32,846 bases of DNA, taken from assembly GCA_000934665.2 (NCBI GenBank), contig JYFJ02001033.1:62001-94846 (forward strand), read 5' to 3'. Source of the stretch: Catajapyx aquilonaris (Eukaryota). Position numbers and translations under genes: made by a program. The notes beneath the pieces were generated by a model. It searched no databases. It was not told the DNA's origin and saw nothing but the letters and a program-made list of their open reading frames with translations. Below, piece by piece: positions 10,901 through 21,856 of the stretch; position 1 is the stretch's first letter, and every line of letters begins with the position of its first letter.

Positions 10901-13900
10901 GCTCCGCTACCTTCGCATCACTAAGCAGAACAACACTGGTTTAGAGCCTATGCTAATTAGTCACATTGTGACAGGTCTTCAGAGGCAAATTACTTTTCGC
11001 GGAAATGATGGATCATTTTCACCATTTGGTGATGAAGGGTCTATCTGGCTGACTGCTTTCACTATGCAGGTCATGGCACAAGTTGAGGGTGAGATTAATG
11101 CAAGGGGAATGTATGTACCTGAGTTGCAAGTAACAAGAGAAGTAATCAGAGGAGCTGCTAAGTGGCTCAAGGGACGCCAGATGGAGAATGGATGCTTCAG
11201 GCCTTCTGGATTTATACTCCATCGTGGACTGCGAGGAAGATTTGTTGGAAATAATTCCCTAGGGGATGAAGAAGTAAGGTGATGTTTTGACTTGGTCTTG
11301 ATGTGTGAAACAGAGTGTGACATGATTGAATTTATGTTGATTAATTTTTCAATAAATAATGTGGGGGAAATATTGAGCTAGTGACAGGGGAATGGCACAG
11401 AAGCCTCGTGGTATTAATATGTCAGGACCCATTGTCGCAGGCACTAGTTTTACTGTGAATACATTTACACTTTTTAGAAATAATGATGGTTCAAAGCATC
11501 CATTATTAATATTATTATTATTGCAGGAATCTGAAGAGGACAATCCACATGTTATGGCAACTCTCACTTCATATGTGCTGGCATCTCTTGCTGAGGCTGG
11601 TTCCAGTGTTCCTGACCTAAATGTTGCTGAAGCTATACACAATGCTGTATTTTGTCTTGTGGGTGCAGCACCTCCTGAAGATGACTACGCCTTAACCTTA
11701 AGAGCATATGCCCTGTCATTAGCTCCAGAATCAAATGCAAGGCAAGGTGCTAGTGAACTGGCTAGGCGGCTCCTAAAACAAGCCATTCGCAGAAGGGGGC
11801 TTGTGTGGTGGTCACCTCACATTGGCTCCAAAGAAATGGCTGTTGAAACCACAGGATATGCAGCTTTGACCTTGATGCAGATGATAAAGCGATGGGATAG
11901 AAAGCAGAATGAAAAGGGATTTCAAGCTGTGTCTGGAGCTGTTCGATGGCTTCTGAGGCAGCGTAACTCAAGGGGAGGGTTTACATCAACCCAGGACACT
12001 GTGGTGGGGCTCCAAGCACTGTCAGGTTGGGCAGAGAGGGTTGGGGTAGGTGAGATTGACCTGGAAGTGGAAGCTAAGATGCAAGATGGGCGTGTGTTCA
12101 AAGTACAGGTTTCGCCAAGTGAGAGACTGCTAGTTAAGAGCATCAGCCTTCCCCCACCCCCTTTCAAGATGGGACTTCGAGTTCGAGGGAAAGGTTGTGT
12201 TGTGGTCTCTGTGAGTGAACCGTAGCTTATTCTTCACTGTGAGTTCATGCATGTGTATAAGGGGATAGATAAGTGGATATTCCAATACTGAAAGATCAGT
12301 GTTTGCACATCATTCACATAGTAATGTGCACATAATTATGGAAAATGAATAGTGTTAGAGAGAGGGATTTCATCATGGATATCATCCTAATATTTGTTCC
12401 CATTTGGATGTGTTCTGAATGCCAACGTGCAAATAATTTATTCTTCAATGATACAGTAATTAATCAATAAATAATATATTTCAGGTATCTTGGTGGTACT
12501 CAACACACACTTCAACTACAGCATTAGGATTTGACCTGGGTGTTTTACCAAAAGAACTTCCAAGTGTGGAGAATGACTGCAAGTCCATGCTGAAAACTTG
12601 CATGCGGTACACTGGAGATGATAGCCAGTCCAACATGGCCCTACTACAAGTGCAGGCCCCTACAGGCTGGCACATAGATGGTCAGTCCTTGCAAGCGGCA
12701 CAGACTGGAAGAGTCCAGAGGACAGAGCTCGACGGTGAGGTGGCCACTCTGTACCTGAAGTCTGTTGAGTCTGAAACTTATTGCTTGGAGTTGGAGATGC
12801 AGAGGCTGCAAGAGGTTGGGGGCTCCAAGCCAGCTAAAATTACACTGGTTGATTATTATGAAGGGAGCAATTCTGCAGTTGCAGTAAGTGTATTTGTTTC
12901 TGTAGTTAATTAGCTTCTTTAAGATACATAGTCAGTTTTTTTTTGCTGTGGAGCTGATGTAATAAAACCAGTAAAACTTGTCTGTACTGGAGAAGCTTCA
13001 TTCCTTGGAAATGAATAGTTTCTTATGCTACGCATGTATATAATGCATGTCAGAACTGAGCTCTTACGCACATCTTCTGGATACTCACTTCCACAAATAC
13101 CAAAAATTAATAAAAATCTTTTGCAGGCACCTGCAAAAAAATCCAGTGTTTCATGCATTTTTAGGATGTTTGGTCACTTTGCCTTAAGAGAGAACCGAGT
13201 CCGCAGCAGCCAAAAAAAGGGGGTATCAGGTGACATTTTATTTCATGTCACTGTGCTATTGCTAACGCCATGAAGATTTTTTGGTGTTCTCTTCAATGGA
13301 GCTACCTAGATTCGAGTTACTTAATTACGAAAAATTGCGAAGCAAAGCAGTGAAAATAAATCATGAGGTTAGGTGTCAAAATTGTGCATTCTTCCATTCC
13401 ATCTCGATAATGACGCGTGAAGTATGTCCTTCAAAAGTGTGAGTCCGTGTGTTGTGCTGGTGTGTGGGGTGTGAAGTAGAAATTTTAAAAATTAATGATA
13501 CATTTTGGCAATTAAAAAATTTTATAGCCAAAATACATTTGTTATTTGGGCTATTAAATTTTTATTAGCCAAAATGTATCATTAATTTTTTAAATTTCTA
13601 CGTCAAGCCCTGCACACCATCCCAACACATGGATTAACATTTTTGAAGGACATACTTCACGTGTCATTATCGAGATGGAATGGAAGAATGCACAATTTCA
13701 ACACCTAACTTCACTATTTATTTTCACTACTTTGCTTTGTAATTTTTCGTAATTAAGTAACTCGGGGAGCACCCGAAATTTTCATGACGTAATCAAGTGC
13801 ACAATGATATGAAATAAAATGTCAACTGATACCCCTTTTTTCGACTGCTGTAGACTGGGTTTCCTCTTAACAATACTGCAAAACAAACAGCAGTCCATGC

Positions 13901-14841
13901 TCTAGGTCAGGGCTATTCAACTGGCAGACTGCGACAATATACAGGACAGTTTGAAATAGCATGATAAGTTACTAATTATTCATAATTTTTTTTGGAAAAA
14001 GTGCTACCAATTTCATCAAATACACACCCATTCAAATCTCCCACATTCACCTAAGCTCGTGTGACCTTGAACCCCCCAAAAATTTCGCCTGTGGCGGGCT
14101 CTAACCCCACCCTTTGCGGCTTTTTCACCTTGTGTTTACGATATGGACCCCCCTCTGAAATTCTTCTGTATATGGGCCTGTACAGGACATCATGAAGGGC
14201 GAAAATGTCTTGATAGGCCCTTCTATACCCTTGCTGCACAGGTTTCTACCCCTGCTCTAGGTCCTAGAGTTTAGGAGGTTCAATGGAATATTCGCTAATG
14301 CTTATAGTGCACATTTACATCACTACAAAGTGTCCTTTGTTCACCCCTACAGGAGTACACACTTGGTGACTGCAGGTGGGCAGGATGGACGGTTGTTGAG
14401 CATGAACTGGAATTCCCTGATGGAGATGAATCACAGGAAGAAACTCTTCTTCAGACCACCCCTGGTGTTCCTTCAGGAAAGGGAAGGGGCAGCAGGAGAA
14501 TCCAGGATGAATGTCCACTCTGCTTAGAGAGGCCTCCATCCTTTTTGCCAGAACTTCTGTGCAATGCAAATTCAGTTATGTTTGGACGACTTATGCTAAA
14601 CTCAACAGTAGAATTGCGTTCTGTGACTGGAGGTGAATCGAACTTAGTCACATTGGAGCTGCCCTTCGGTTGTGCCTGCAGTGTTTTGGGTGGTTTAGGA
14701 TTATTGGTTGATCCACCTGAATCACACGATGGTGCTCCCCTGTTTCTTGGAGATGGAACTACTTTGGTGGGAGTGGTTTCAAGAGGTAGGGGTGTACCTG
14801 CAGTTGCACGTCAGGCACTTCGGTCATGTTCTCAGAGGTAA
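4902..14841 (+). CDS. Thioester-containing protein, alpha-2-macroglobulin-like, 10 exons, 1627 aa, with C-terminal NTR/C345C-like extension
   Basis: Exons 4902-5145, 5238-5473, 6641-7196, 7294-7523, 8362-9189, 9576-9754, 10235-11273, 11527-12210, 12485-12883, 14353-14841 join in frame at GT-AG sites. Signal peptide, FLQTDRGVYRDGDWV (MG2), SLCGLAVVD, RRRRRS, VRTFFPDTWLW, LPDSLTQW, LPLGCGEQNM thioester (10854-10868), DGSFSPFG, VETTGYA, GGFTSTQDTVVGLQAL, SNMALLQV, PAKITLVDYYE. Confidence 0.93.
5869..6401 (+). mobile_element. Internally deleted Tc1/mariner-type DNA transposon in intron 2 of the TEP gene
   Basis: About 32-bp TIRs (CAGGGTG(T)CCACAATGAACCTCCCTAGTTTCAA) flanked by TA on both sides; internal fragments resemble a transposase N-terminus (MASAEGKMQVVWSLAELKSIT) and C-terminus (ITPVLLERT...TKGAHME). 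Confidence 0.85.
8022..8280 (+). mobile_element. tRNA-derived SINE with a V-SINE-like central domain
   Basis: Pol III A box (TGGCCGAGTGG) and B box (GAGTTCGATCCC); body GTTCTCTCCGTGTTCGCGTGGGTTTTCTCGGGGTTCTCCCGTTTCCTCCCAC; CCCC...GGGGTA stem then A/T tail; possible TSD TATTAAATAAAAT (8007-8019 / 8281-8293). Confidence 0.8.
13184..13870. mobile_element. 687-bp near-complete palindrome (foldback/MITE) bounded by TTAA, possibly Kolobok-type
   Basis: Left end TTAAGAGAGAACC.. pairs with right end ..GGTTTCCTCTTAA; arms pair with mismatches and indels to a centre near 13538; purine-purine termini inside TTAA. Confidence 0.85.
13908..14254. mobile_element. Non-autonomous hAT (Charlie-like) element
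   Basis: CAGGG...CCCTG imperfect TIRs with a perfect 8-bp TSD CTCTAGGT (13900-13907, 14255-14262). Confidence 0.85.
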
Positions 14842-15030
14842 TTTTAGTGTAAGGGAAGAAATTAGAAACTCTCTTGACAAGCATCATTGCATTTAAATAT
14901 GATCAACATTATGCTTGTGGGTAGTCAAAGCGTAAGAATTACAATGAAAGGTACTATGGAGGACAAAAAGATGCAGGTGCTTGAGGGTATAAATCTCCCA
15001 GGTTGAACCTTATTAGAAACTAATACATGA

Positions 15031-15036
15031 AATAAA
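15031..15036 (+). promoter_or_regulatory. Putative polyadenylation signal (AATAAA) of the TEP gene
   Basis: Canonical hexamer 190 bp after the stop codon. Confidence 0.5.
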
Positions 15037-15581
15037 GATGGCTATGCTATGAAGTGCATCACTGTTTTACTGAATATATCTATTGCCTTGACTAAGCAAC
15101 CTTTGCACATTTCTGCTAGCAGCCATTTGGATCTTCTTGTCCTGTGGAGTGTGTTCGTAGTTTTTGATTATCATAACTGAATTTCTCACAGCCTTTTCAT
15201 GTGTATAATTTCATTTGGCATGTGATGACGTTAGAAATGCAATTGTGCGAGACCCACTTCCAATAATTTACCTGTTTGAGAACATAGAGCGTTGCTGTTT
15301 CCTGTACAATCTGGTACTGTTGACCTCGTAAACAATTTTAAGTAGGAGTGGTAGGTCAATTGTATACTTTGGCTAAATTTCGTGTGGAACCACCTCAGTC
15401 ACACCTCAAAGTGGCATTTTAATGAATATTTCAATCAGAAATCTCACTATTTACTTACCCACCAAGGCTGGGAATTGTAATATAGGTTGGTTGTCAGAAA
15501 AATTGCCAACCAAGCATTGCAAACATAAAATTGCTATAACAAAACAATCACCATAAAAATAATATTGCCTAGGAAAAAAAA

Positions 15582-15893
15582 ACCAACACATGTACTACAT
15601 GGTGCCATACATGCACGTCCATGGACGAAACCTTGCAAAATGATTCTCTGAAGTCAAATTATTAGGGGAATGCAATTTGAACTGTAATGTGGCAAGAGTA
15701 CCATGGAGGGAGGTGTAACATGAGGAAGTACAATAAAAAAACCAACACATGTACTACATGGTGCCATACATGCACGTCCATGGACGAAACCTTGCAAAAT
15801 GATTCTCAAGTCAAATTATTAGGGGAATGCAATTTGAACTGTAATGTGGCAAGAGTACCATGGAGGGAGGTGTAACATGAGGAAGTACAATAA
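15582..15893. repeat. Near-identical tandem duplication, about 159-bp unit x2
   Basis: ACCAACACATGTACTACATGG...GGAAGTACAATAA starts at 15582 and 15741; the copies differ by a 2-bp indel. Confidence 0.95.
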
Positions 15894-16014
15894 GAACTGT
15901 GTAATTAATGGCATACTGTACGTGATGAACAGCCTATGTTAATACTGAGATGAATTACTGATTTATTGCACTGTGCTCAGTTAAGCACAAATAGGCCAAA
16001 TCTTATTTCCTTTG

Positions 16015-16120
16015 GGTGGAACTTTCATCGCACTGCTAGTTGCTGCTAACTTACAGTACCGATGCACTACACTGGTACTGCTAAGTTAGCAGTAACTAGC
16101 AGTGCGATGAAAATGCCACC
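16015..16120. repeat. About 106-bp hairpin (MITE-like inverted repeat)
   Basis: TTTCATCGCACTGCTAGTTGCTGCTAACTTA pairs with TAAGTTAGCAGTAACTAGCAGTGCGATGAAA. Confidence 0.85.
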
Positions 16121-16868
16121 ATTTCTTTACTTGCTCTGTTCCACCCATATACTTGTCCCTTGAATTTGTGTTGTATGAGAAGTGGGCTGCCATCTGTCCA
16201 GTGATGGCCAGCGATCTACATCAATAAGTGATAACATCGCCGTGAGTTCCAGAAGAATGCAAGAGCTAATTGCTGTGAGCATGATTCTGATTTTTTTCCA
16301 TGATTGTTGTCCTCTTGACATTCTTTTAAAATATAAATAATGTTGCATTCATGCAAATTTATTGGCAATATTTTGCAAGTGATGTTTTCCAATACAAAAA
16401 TCTCACACTTAAGAAGCTAGTGCACAAAGGGAAATAGGTTGAAGCTGTAAGATTCATGAGTAATTGTAATTATTAACAGTTTTGCGATTTGGAAAGAATG
16501 ACACTGACCTACAATCAGTCTTTGAAGTGTACCTATCTGCTCACCTTTTTCACAACAAAATTATAATACTGCGTAACCATGATGTATTTACTACACATCT
16601 AAATATTTTTCTTTGATATCACAGTACTGGTAACTCTACATTTGTCAGTTAACAAGTTGAATAAGTATTTATTACCCAGGAGCAAGCGGCAAGGGGTTTG
16701 GCTTTTCATCCCACTGCTAACAGTTAGTAGGCTAACCATGATAACCCATAAGAAAGTTTATGAGACAATCCTGACTAGCAGAAGGAAGTTGCTAGGAGAT
16801 ACTTAGCAGGACAGAAAATGGCTGCACAGTTTTTGTAACTATAAACGTAAAACCAGATAATCAGTTTT

Positions 16869-19459
16869 TTATGAGGGAATAAAAATACCCCAGAAAAGAT
16901 CACAAATGTTAGTGAATTCTGCTGAGTTAAAAGCCTTAACTGAGCCAACTGCATTGCTTATCACATGAGCATATGGATTCAAACCATCCTTTTTGATTTC
17001 ACTCTTTATATCCTGAAGCAACAAGGTGGCAAACCCTTTTCCACGGTGCTCTGGACAAGTGTACAGCATTCCCACAGATCCATCTGAGATGAGCAGAATC
17101 CAGGAGACAGGTGTAGAGTCAAGGTAAACTGCTCTTGAAACCCCCTTTCTTATCAGAGATTCAATAAAAGGATTGGTTGTTGCATCATGATGAGGCCAGG
17201 AATCTGTGACTAACTGGGCATGTTCAGGAAGTAGAGGCGCCAGCCTGATGCCATTGGGGACAGGATATCTGGAATATTGCCAGAGGGAGTTGAACATGGT
17301 CATAGAATGGTATTACTATAGCACACCCTTGTCCCCCTAAAGGGGCCCCGCCCCAATAATGGGGTTACTTAAATAAATAAATAAATAAAACTATAGCACA
17401 CCCATTTTAAAATACCGTAAGGAAGGAATTACTATGCATGCATGAAATGTTCAGGAATCTCAATTTTAATTTTTATAACAATGATACAATATATAAATAT
17501 GACGCCCAATTTGTAAAGCAACCTGTTATTAACTCAAACGGACATTCAATTAAAATTTTATTTGTCATTTTAAGCGCGATTGGACCTTGCACATTGCTGG
17601 CATCCTATTTTACAGAGAAAAGTTATGTTGGTTTTAGTTTAGTTTTTGGATGACTGAAATAATCCTCATGGCACACAGTGTGGCATTCTATCAAATGTGG
17701 TACTTCAGTGGGCATTAATCAAAATCAGTAATCTCCTGAGTGCATTTTCCCTTTCACCATTGGCAAGAGGTTGTTCTTTACTGATGCAGTACTTTACTAT
17801 TTTAGAATTCATTGAACTTCAATTTTAGAGCATGGGAATATAACAAAAAAGTTCCTTTGAGAAATAAAAATCTGTCATGTATAGAAACACTCCTACATAC
17901 AGTTGATTGCCTTATACTTGATCATTGTAATGTGGGTGTCCATTTATGTTACTTTAATCAACCAATGAATGGTGAAAAGTTATAATTTTAAAAAGTTAAA
18001 TTGCATCACTACACAATTCTGATGTTTATGATTAAAGCAGTCAACTGCTTACCTGGGAGAAGTCTCTGATGCATCAAGATAGATGTAGAGATAGTGAACA
18101 GGCAGCCAGCATATAGTCCCACCTTCTACAGTTGCTATATTGTCAGCTTTTGTCATGAGTTCTGGTTTGTACACCATCAAATAGAATTTCTCATTCCAAT
18201 CCAAAAATGGCATTCGAGGGATCTCTTCAGAAGTAGAGAAAATGACACATGTTGGAGCTTTTACTCCTTGCTGTAATAATGACATTCAAATATAATAAGC
18301 ACTCACATTGTTACTTCTTGTCATTTCAAGCTGTCATTTGGTTCAGACGTGCAAAGGCACACAGAGATCAACGCCATATTAATGATTTCTTTAATTAGAT
18401 ACTCACTGATGTAAGAAACACAAATGTTTCTTTGTCTTTTGACACAAAGAAACGGTAATTGAATTCTGATACTGGCAAGCACGTAGCCTTCAGGTAGAAT
18501 GTCAAGAGAAGGTAATGCTGCAAAAGAAACCATTATAAATGTAAACCATTATAAATGTAATCATGGTGACACTTTCTGGAAGTGAAATAAGGAACTACTC
18601 ATTAACCTTCATTAAATGGCTGCCCATCTTGGCTGTGTACATTATGATTGGATGCAGACAGCAACAACATTGCATTGTAGGAATTTATCATCCATAAAGT
18701 AGGTCACATTGATTATTATCTGCACTTTTGCCCTCTCCCATATCCTTATGTCATATGCAGACTTGTGTATAGGGACCCCATGCCCCTCTTATTCCACGGT
18801 TTATTTCTCTCTCCATGGAGTGTCCAGTGAACATCACTGCAGCAATTTTGCATTTTCACTGAATCTGTCATTTCTTGACACCATGAACATTTAATAGGTA
18901 GATTTTAAAATATAGAGTGGTGCACCTCACAAATTCAAGAGGAGAATGAGGGAAGGAGTCACAAATTGTTTAATCCAGTAATCAATGTAAAGAGGAGCAA
19001 CACTTTAGCACCGCATTCACGTGTCCTGGTTGTTCCTTCTTGTTATACTTGTTGGAATTAATAATTGACAACTTCTTCACCTAGTTCCATTTCAGAGTGA
19101 GATTTGGATGCACCATTATATGCATTAAAATTTAACGAGTGCTTATTATATATGGTAAGAAATATGTATTATTTGGATATGCCAAGTATGAACACTGAGA
19201 GAGCAGTGGAAATGTGAGCCTATGACATTCACTGATGGATCATTCATATAGGCCTACTATTCATGCAGCTAGTACACGTATGGTACCTAAATTATAACAT
19301 GCTCATTTATGAGGCATCCTGGATAAAAATTTGATCTAGCCTATTTGCTGCAACTTGCAGGCCTACCTTATAGGAATGTGGCAGGTGCCCTTGGAGAAAT
19401 TTGCATATTTCTTCCAAGTCTCCCTTCTCAGTGACTTCTTCAAAGGCGATTTCTGCCAT
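16869..19459 (-). CDS. Glycine N-acyltransferase-like GNAT (FR47-like C-terminal domain), 4 coding exons, 273 aa
   Basis: Exons 19459-19367 (MAEIAFEEV...HLPHSYK), 18517-18407 (HYLLLTF...FVFLTS), 18270-18053, 17268-16869 join in frame at GT-AG sites. Motifs: LLPEHAQLVTDSWPH, PVSWIL, GMLYTCPEHRGKGFA (acetyl-CoA motif A), PYAHV. An in-frame TGA just upstream supports the ATG. Confidence 0.88.
17329..17389 (+). mobile_element. Strongly 5'-truncated retroposon (3' tail only)
   Basis: 61-bp insert CCCCTAAAGGGGCCCCGCCCCAATAATGGGGTTAC-(TAAA)n flanked by a 14-bp TSD ACTATAGCACACCC (17315-17328, 17390-17403). Confidence 0.85.
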
Positions 19460-20446
19460 GGCTGACTTCTCTCATCCTCTCCTAGCAGGGGAAACAGTGG
19501 AGAAGGGAGGATTATTTAATAGGCCAAAGTCCAAGGACACTGCTTTGCCTTCATATAAGGAAGTGGCTCTCAATATGCCATCCATTGCCATGGGCATAGC
19601 ATTTAATTGTCAACTCAGCTAATTTTTTTTTTCTTCAGTGCGTGTCACAATTTTCAGATTTACTGGCATCACCATTTATCCAATCTTTTATGTTATGACC
19701 TTTTCACACTAAAACAATTTGAATCTTATTGCATAACACATAAACCACTAGATCTAAATCACAGGCCTTGCTACTTAAATTCCCAGCAATTAAAAACTAC
19801 CATGTAATAATAATACGTAGGTTACCTAAAGTAAAAGCACTACCTGCATAAATAAGTGAATCTGTATTGTACATGCTGCTCACAGGTGAATTATGATGGT
19901 GCTAATGCCTCTTTGTCATTTTTGTCCTTCACTTGCCTCTGGGGAACAGGCAAAATACTTTTAAACCACATGCAGCTACACAACTACAACTACATGCATG
20001 TGACACTTCAAGAAAAGAAGCATACCATTGCAGCACTAAACATACTGCTAAGGATAAGTTGTATGAAGAGGGCACACTAATACATAAAGCTATGAAAGTA
20101 TCAGACTGGGCCAGTGAGGCATTTCTCAGTCCATATCTGGCTTCACAATAAATTGGACCAATCACTGGATACCAAAATTATACTATGCCTACTGTATAAC
20201 TTTTTTGTCCAAACATTGCAAACATTGCTGGGCTCTAGCGCCTCAGGCTTCAGCTCGAATGTTTTACAGTATGCCAGAAAACCATTAGATTCTAATGGTG
20301 TCCAATAAATGTAATATTGTGCTTTAACATATTTTCCAAACACTCCGTATGGGAGGTGATGTATGGTTCAGGCTGACTTTTGTATTCCATTGTTCTCCAC
20401 AGATTACTTTATAAGAACCAGTTTTGAAATTACTATATGTATGGTA

Positions 20447-20731
20447 GCCGGCCTTGGTGGACTAGTGGTTAGCGCGCTCTCCTCTGGTCCCAAGGTTGTG
20501 GGTTCGAACCCGGCCGAGGTCGGTGACTTTTCTCCGGGTGGTAGAAAAGTGAGAGTGCGCCTTCCTTCGGAGGGGAAGTAAAGCCGTCAGTCCCGTGTGC
20601 TTGTGACATTGCGCGAGTGCAGGTTAAAGATCCCCAGAGTGGCCAAATTTCCAGGAGGAGGACCACCCCCTGGCATCGGTGTTGAGCCTTAGAGGCAGAA
20701 ATAGGCCGACGTTAAGCCCCACTGAACCCAG
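20447..20731 (+). mobile_element. tRNA-derived SINE with a Meta-SINE/Ruka-like central domain
   Basis: A box (TGGACTAGTGG), B box (GGTTCGAACCC), body CCTTCCTTCGGAGGGGAAGTAAAGCCGTC...GTTAAAGATCCCCAG; 13-bp TSD TATATGTATGGTA (20434-20446, 20732-20744). Confidence 0.88.
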
Positions 20732-20817
20732 TATATGTATGGTACAAGGCAAGAGTCATTAGGTTCTCTCCCGTTCTCTCCAAATCTGATATGCTTTCTG
20801 AAAACAATGTCTTGCAA

Positions 20818-21068
20818 CAATGCTTCTCAAATTGTGGGTCGCAAACATAATATTTCGGGTTGCAAGGCGGGTTGTGTGGCCAATTATTTTTACAAAATGA
20901 TTCTATACCTCTGGAAAAACATGCCTGTAAATGAGAAGATGTATTAATTAAGCGATTATTTCCATTGACTACTACTGAAGGGGGGTAGGGTCGAATTGAA
21001 AGTGGGGGGTCTCTAATTTTACGAGACGATTTTCTGGGGTCACCAACGAAAAAGATTGGGAAGCACTG
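20818..21068. mobile_element. Degenerate hAT-like MITE
   Basis: Termini CAATGCTTCTCAAA.. / ..ATTGGGAAGCACTG; 8-bp flanks match at only 5/8 (TCTTGCAA / CCTTACAC). Confidence 0.55.
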
Positions 21069-21305
21069 CCTTACACTGTAGCAATGTGACACACCACCCT
21101 GCAAATGTGGAAAAAAAACAACAATTGCTATTTATCAACAAAGAGTAATTTATTCATGAGTTAAAAAAGGAAATAATTATTTCAAAATATTCATGTGTGC
21201 TTCATAAGTTTGCTTGCATCCAGATTGGTAGAAATCTCGCAAACACTAATTCCAGCTCACCACTAGAACCTGATCTTCAAGTTCTGCATAGAATAATACA
21301 CACCA

Positions 21306-21475
21306 TTGTACAGTTGGTTAAAGGAGTATCTTTCCACACCAGATCAATAAATTAGCCTCCAACAGAGGTGATCCTAGGGGAGTGCGAGTTATTGCATCAT
21401 GGGGAGGCAGCACCTCGGTTGGAGGCTAATTTCTTGCTCTGGCGTGGAAAGATACTCCTTTAACCAACTGTACAA
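21306..21475. repeat. 170-bp hairpin (MITE-like inverted repeat)
   Basis: TTGTACAGTTGGTTAAAGGAGTATCTTTCCAC.. pairs with ..GTGGAAAGATACTCCTTTAACCAACTGTACAA; arms about 63 bp. Confidence 0.88.
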
Positions 21476-21856
21476 CTCACTCCTTGCACATTTCCATGAT
21501 GGATGACAGGAGCAACTGGAAACTAGTGTCCACCAGACTTTTACCAATAAGAATGTGATTTAACTTATGAAATATTCCACATAAAAAATGTAATGACAAA
21601 TAGTTAATGAAGATGACATCACTGTGGAGGTCAGGTTGGGTTGGGTCATTGTGGTTGACAGGAACGTACATCTTCATAGCTTCAGTCAAGTCGTTTTCTC
21701 CCACACTCTTCTCATGAAGGCCTTGAATAGCCTCCTGTAGGGATCGTTGCTGACGTTGCCGTTAGCGTCCATGGGAACAGCTTCACTTCCCTAGTTTCCA
21801 AGTAATCTGGTCCTACAGTACAGATTTTCCCATACTTTACGCATCCATGAAGGAAA

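Noticed and set aside
8517..12167. Several antisense ORFs overlapping TEP exons
   Set aside because: Shadow frames of the + strand coding exons with no independent motifs.
19460..19481. In-frame TGA upstream of the GNAT ATG as possible selenocysteine or read-through fusion
   Set aside because: No SECIS identified, and the ATG gives a full-length protein with good context (GCCATGG).
20447..20525. tRNA-like sequences (also at 8022, 26870-26937, 27471, 29412)
   Set aside because: They have A/B boxes but no complete cloverleaf, and each continues into a SINE body with a tail and TSD, so they are SINE heads.
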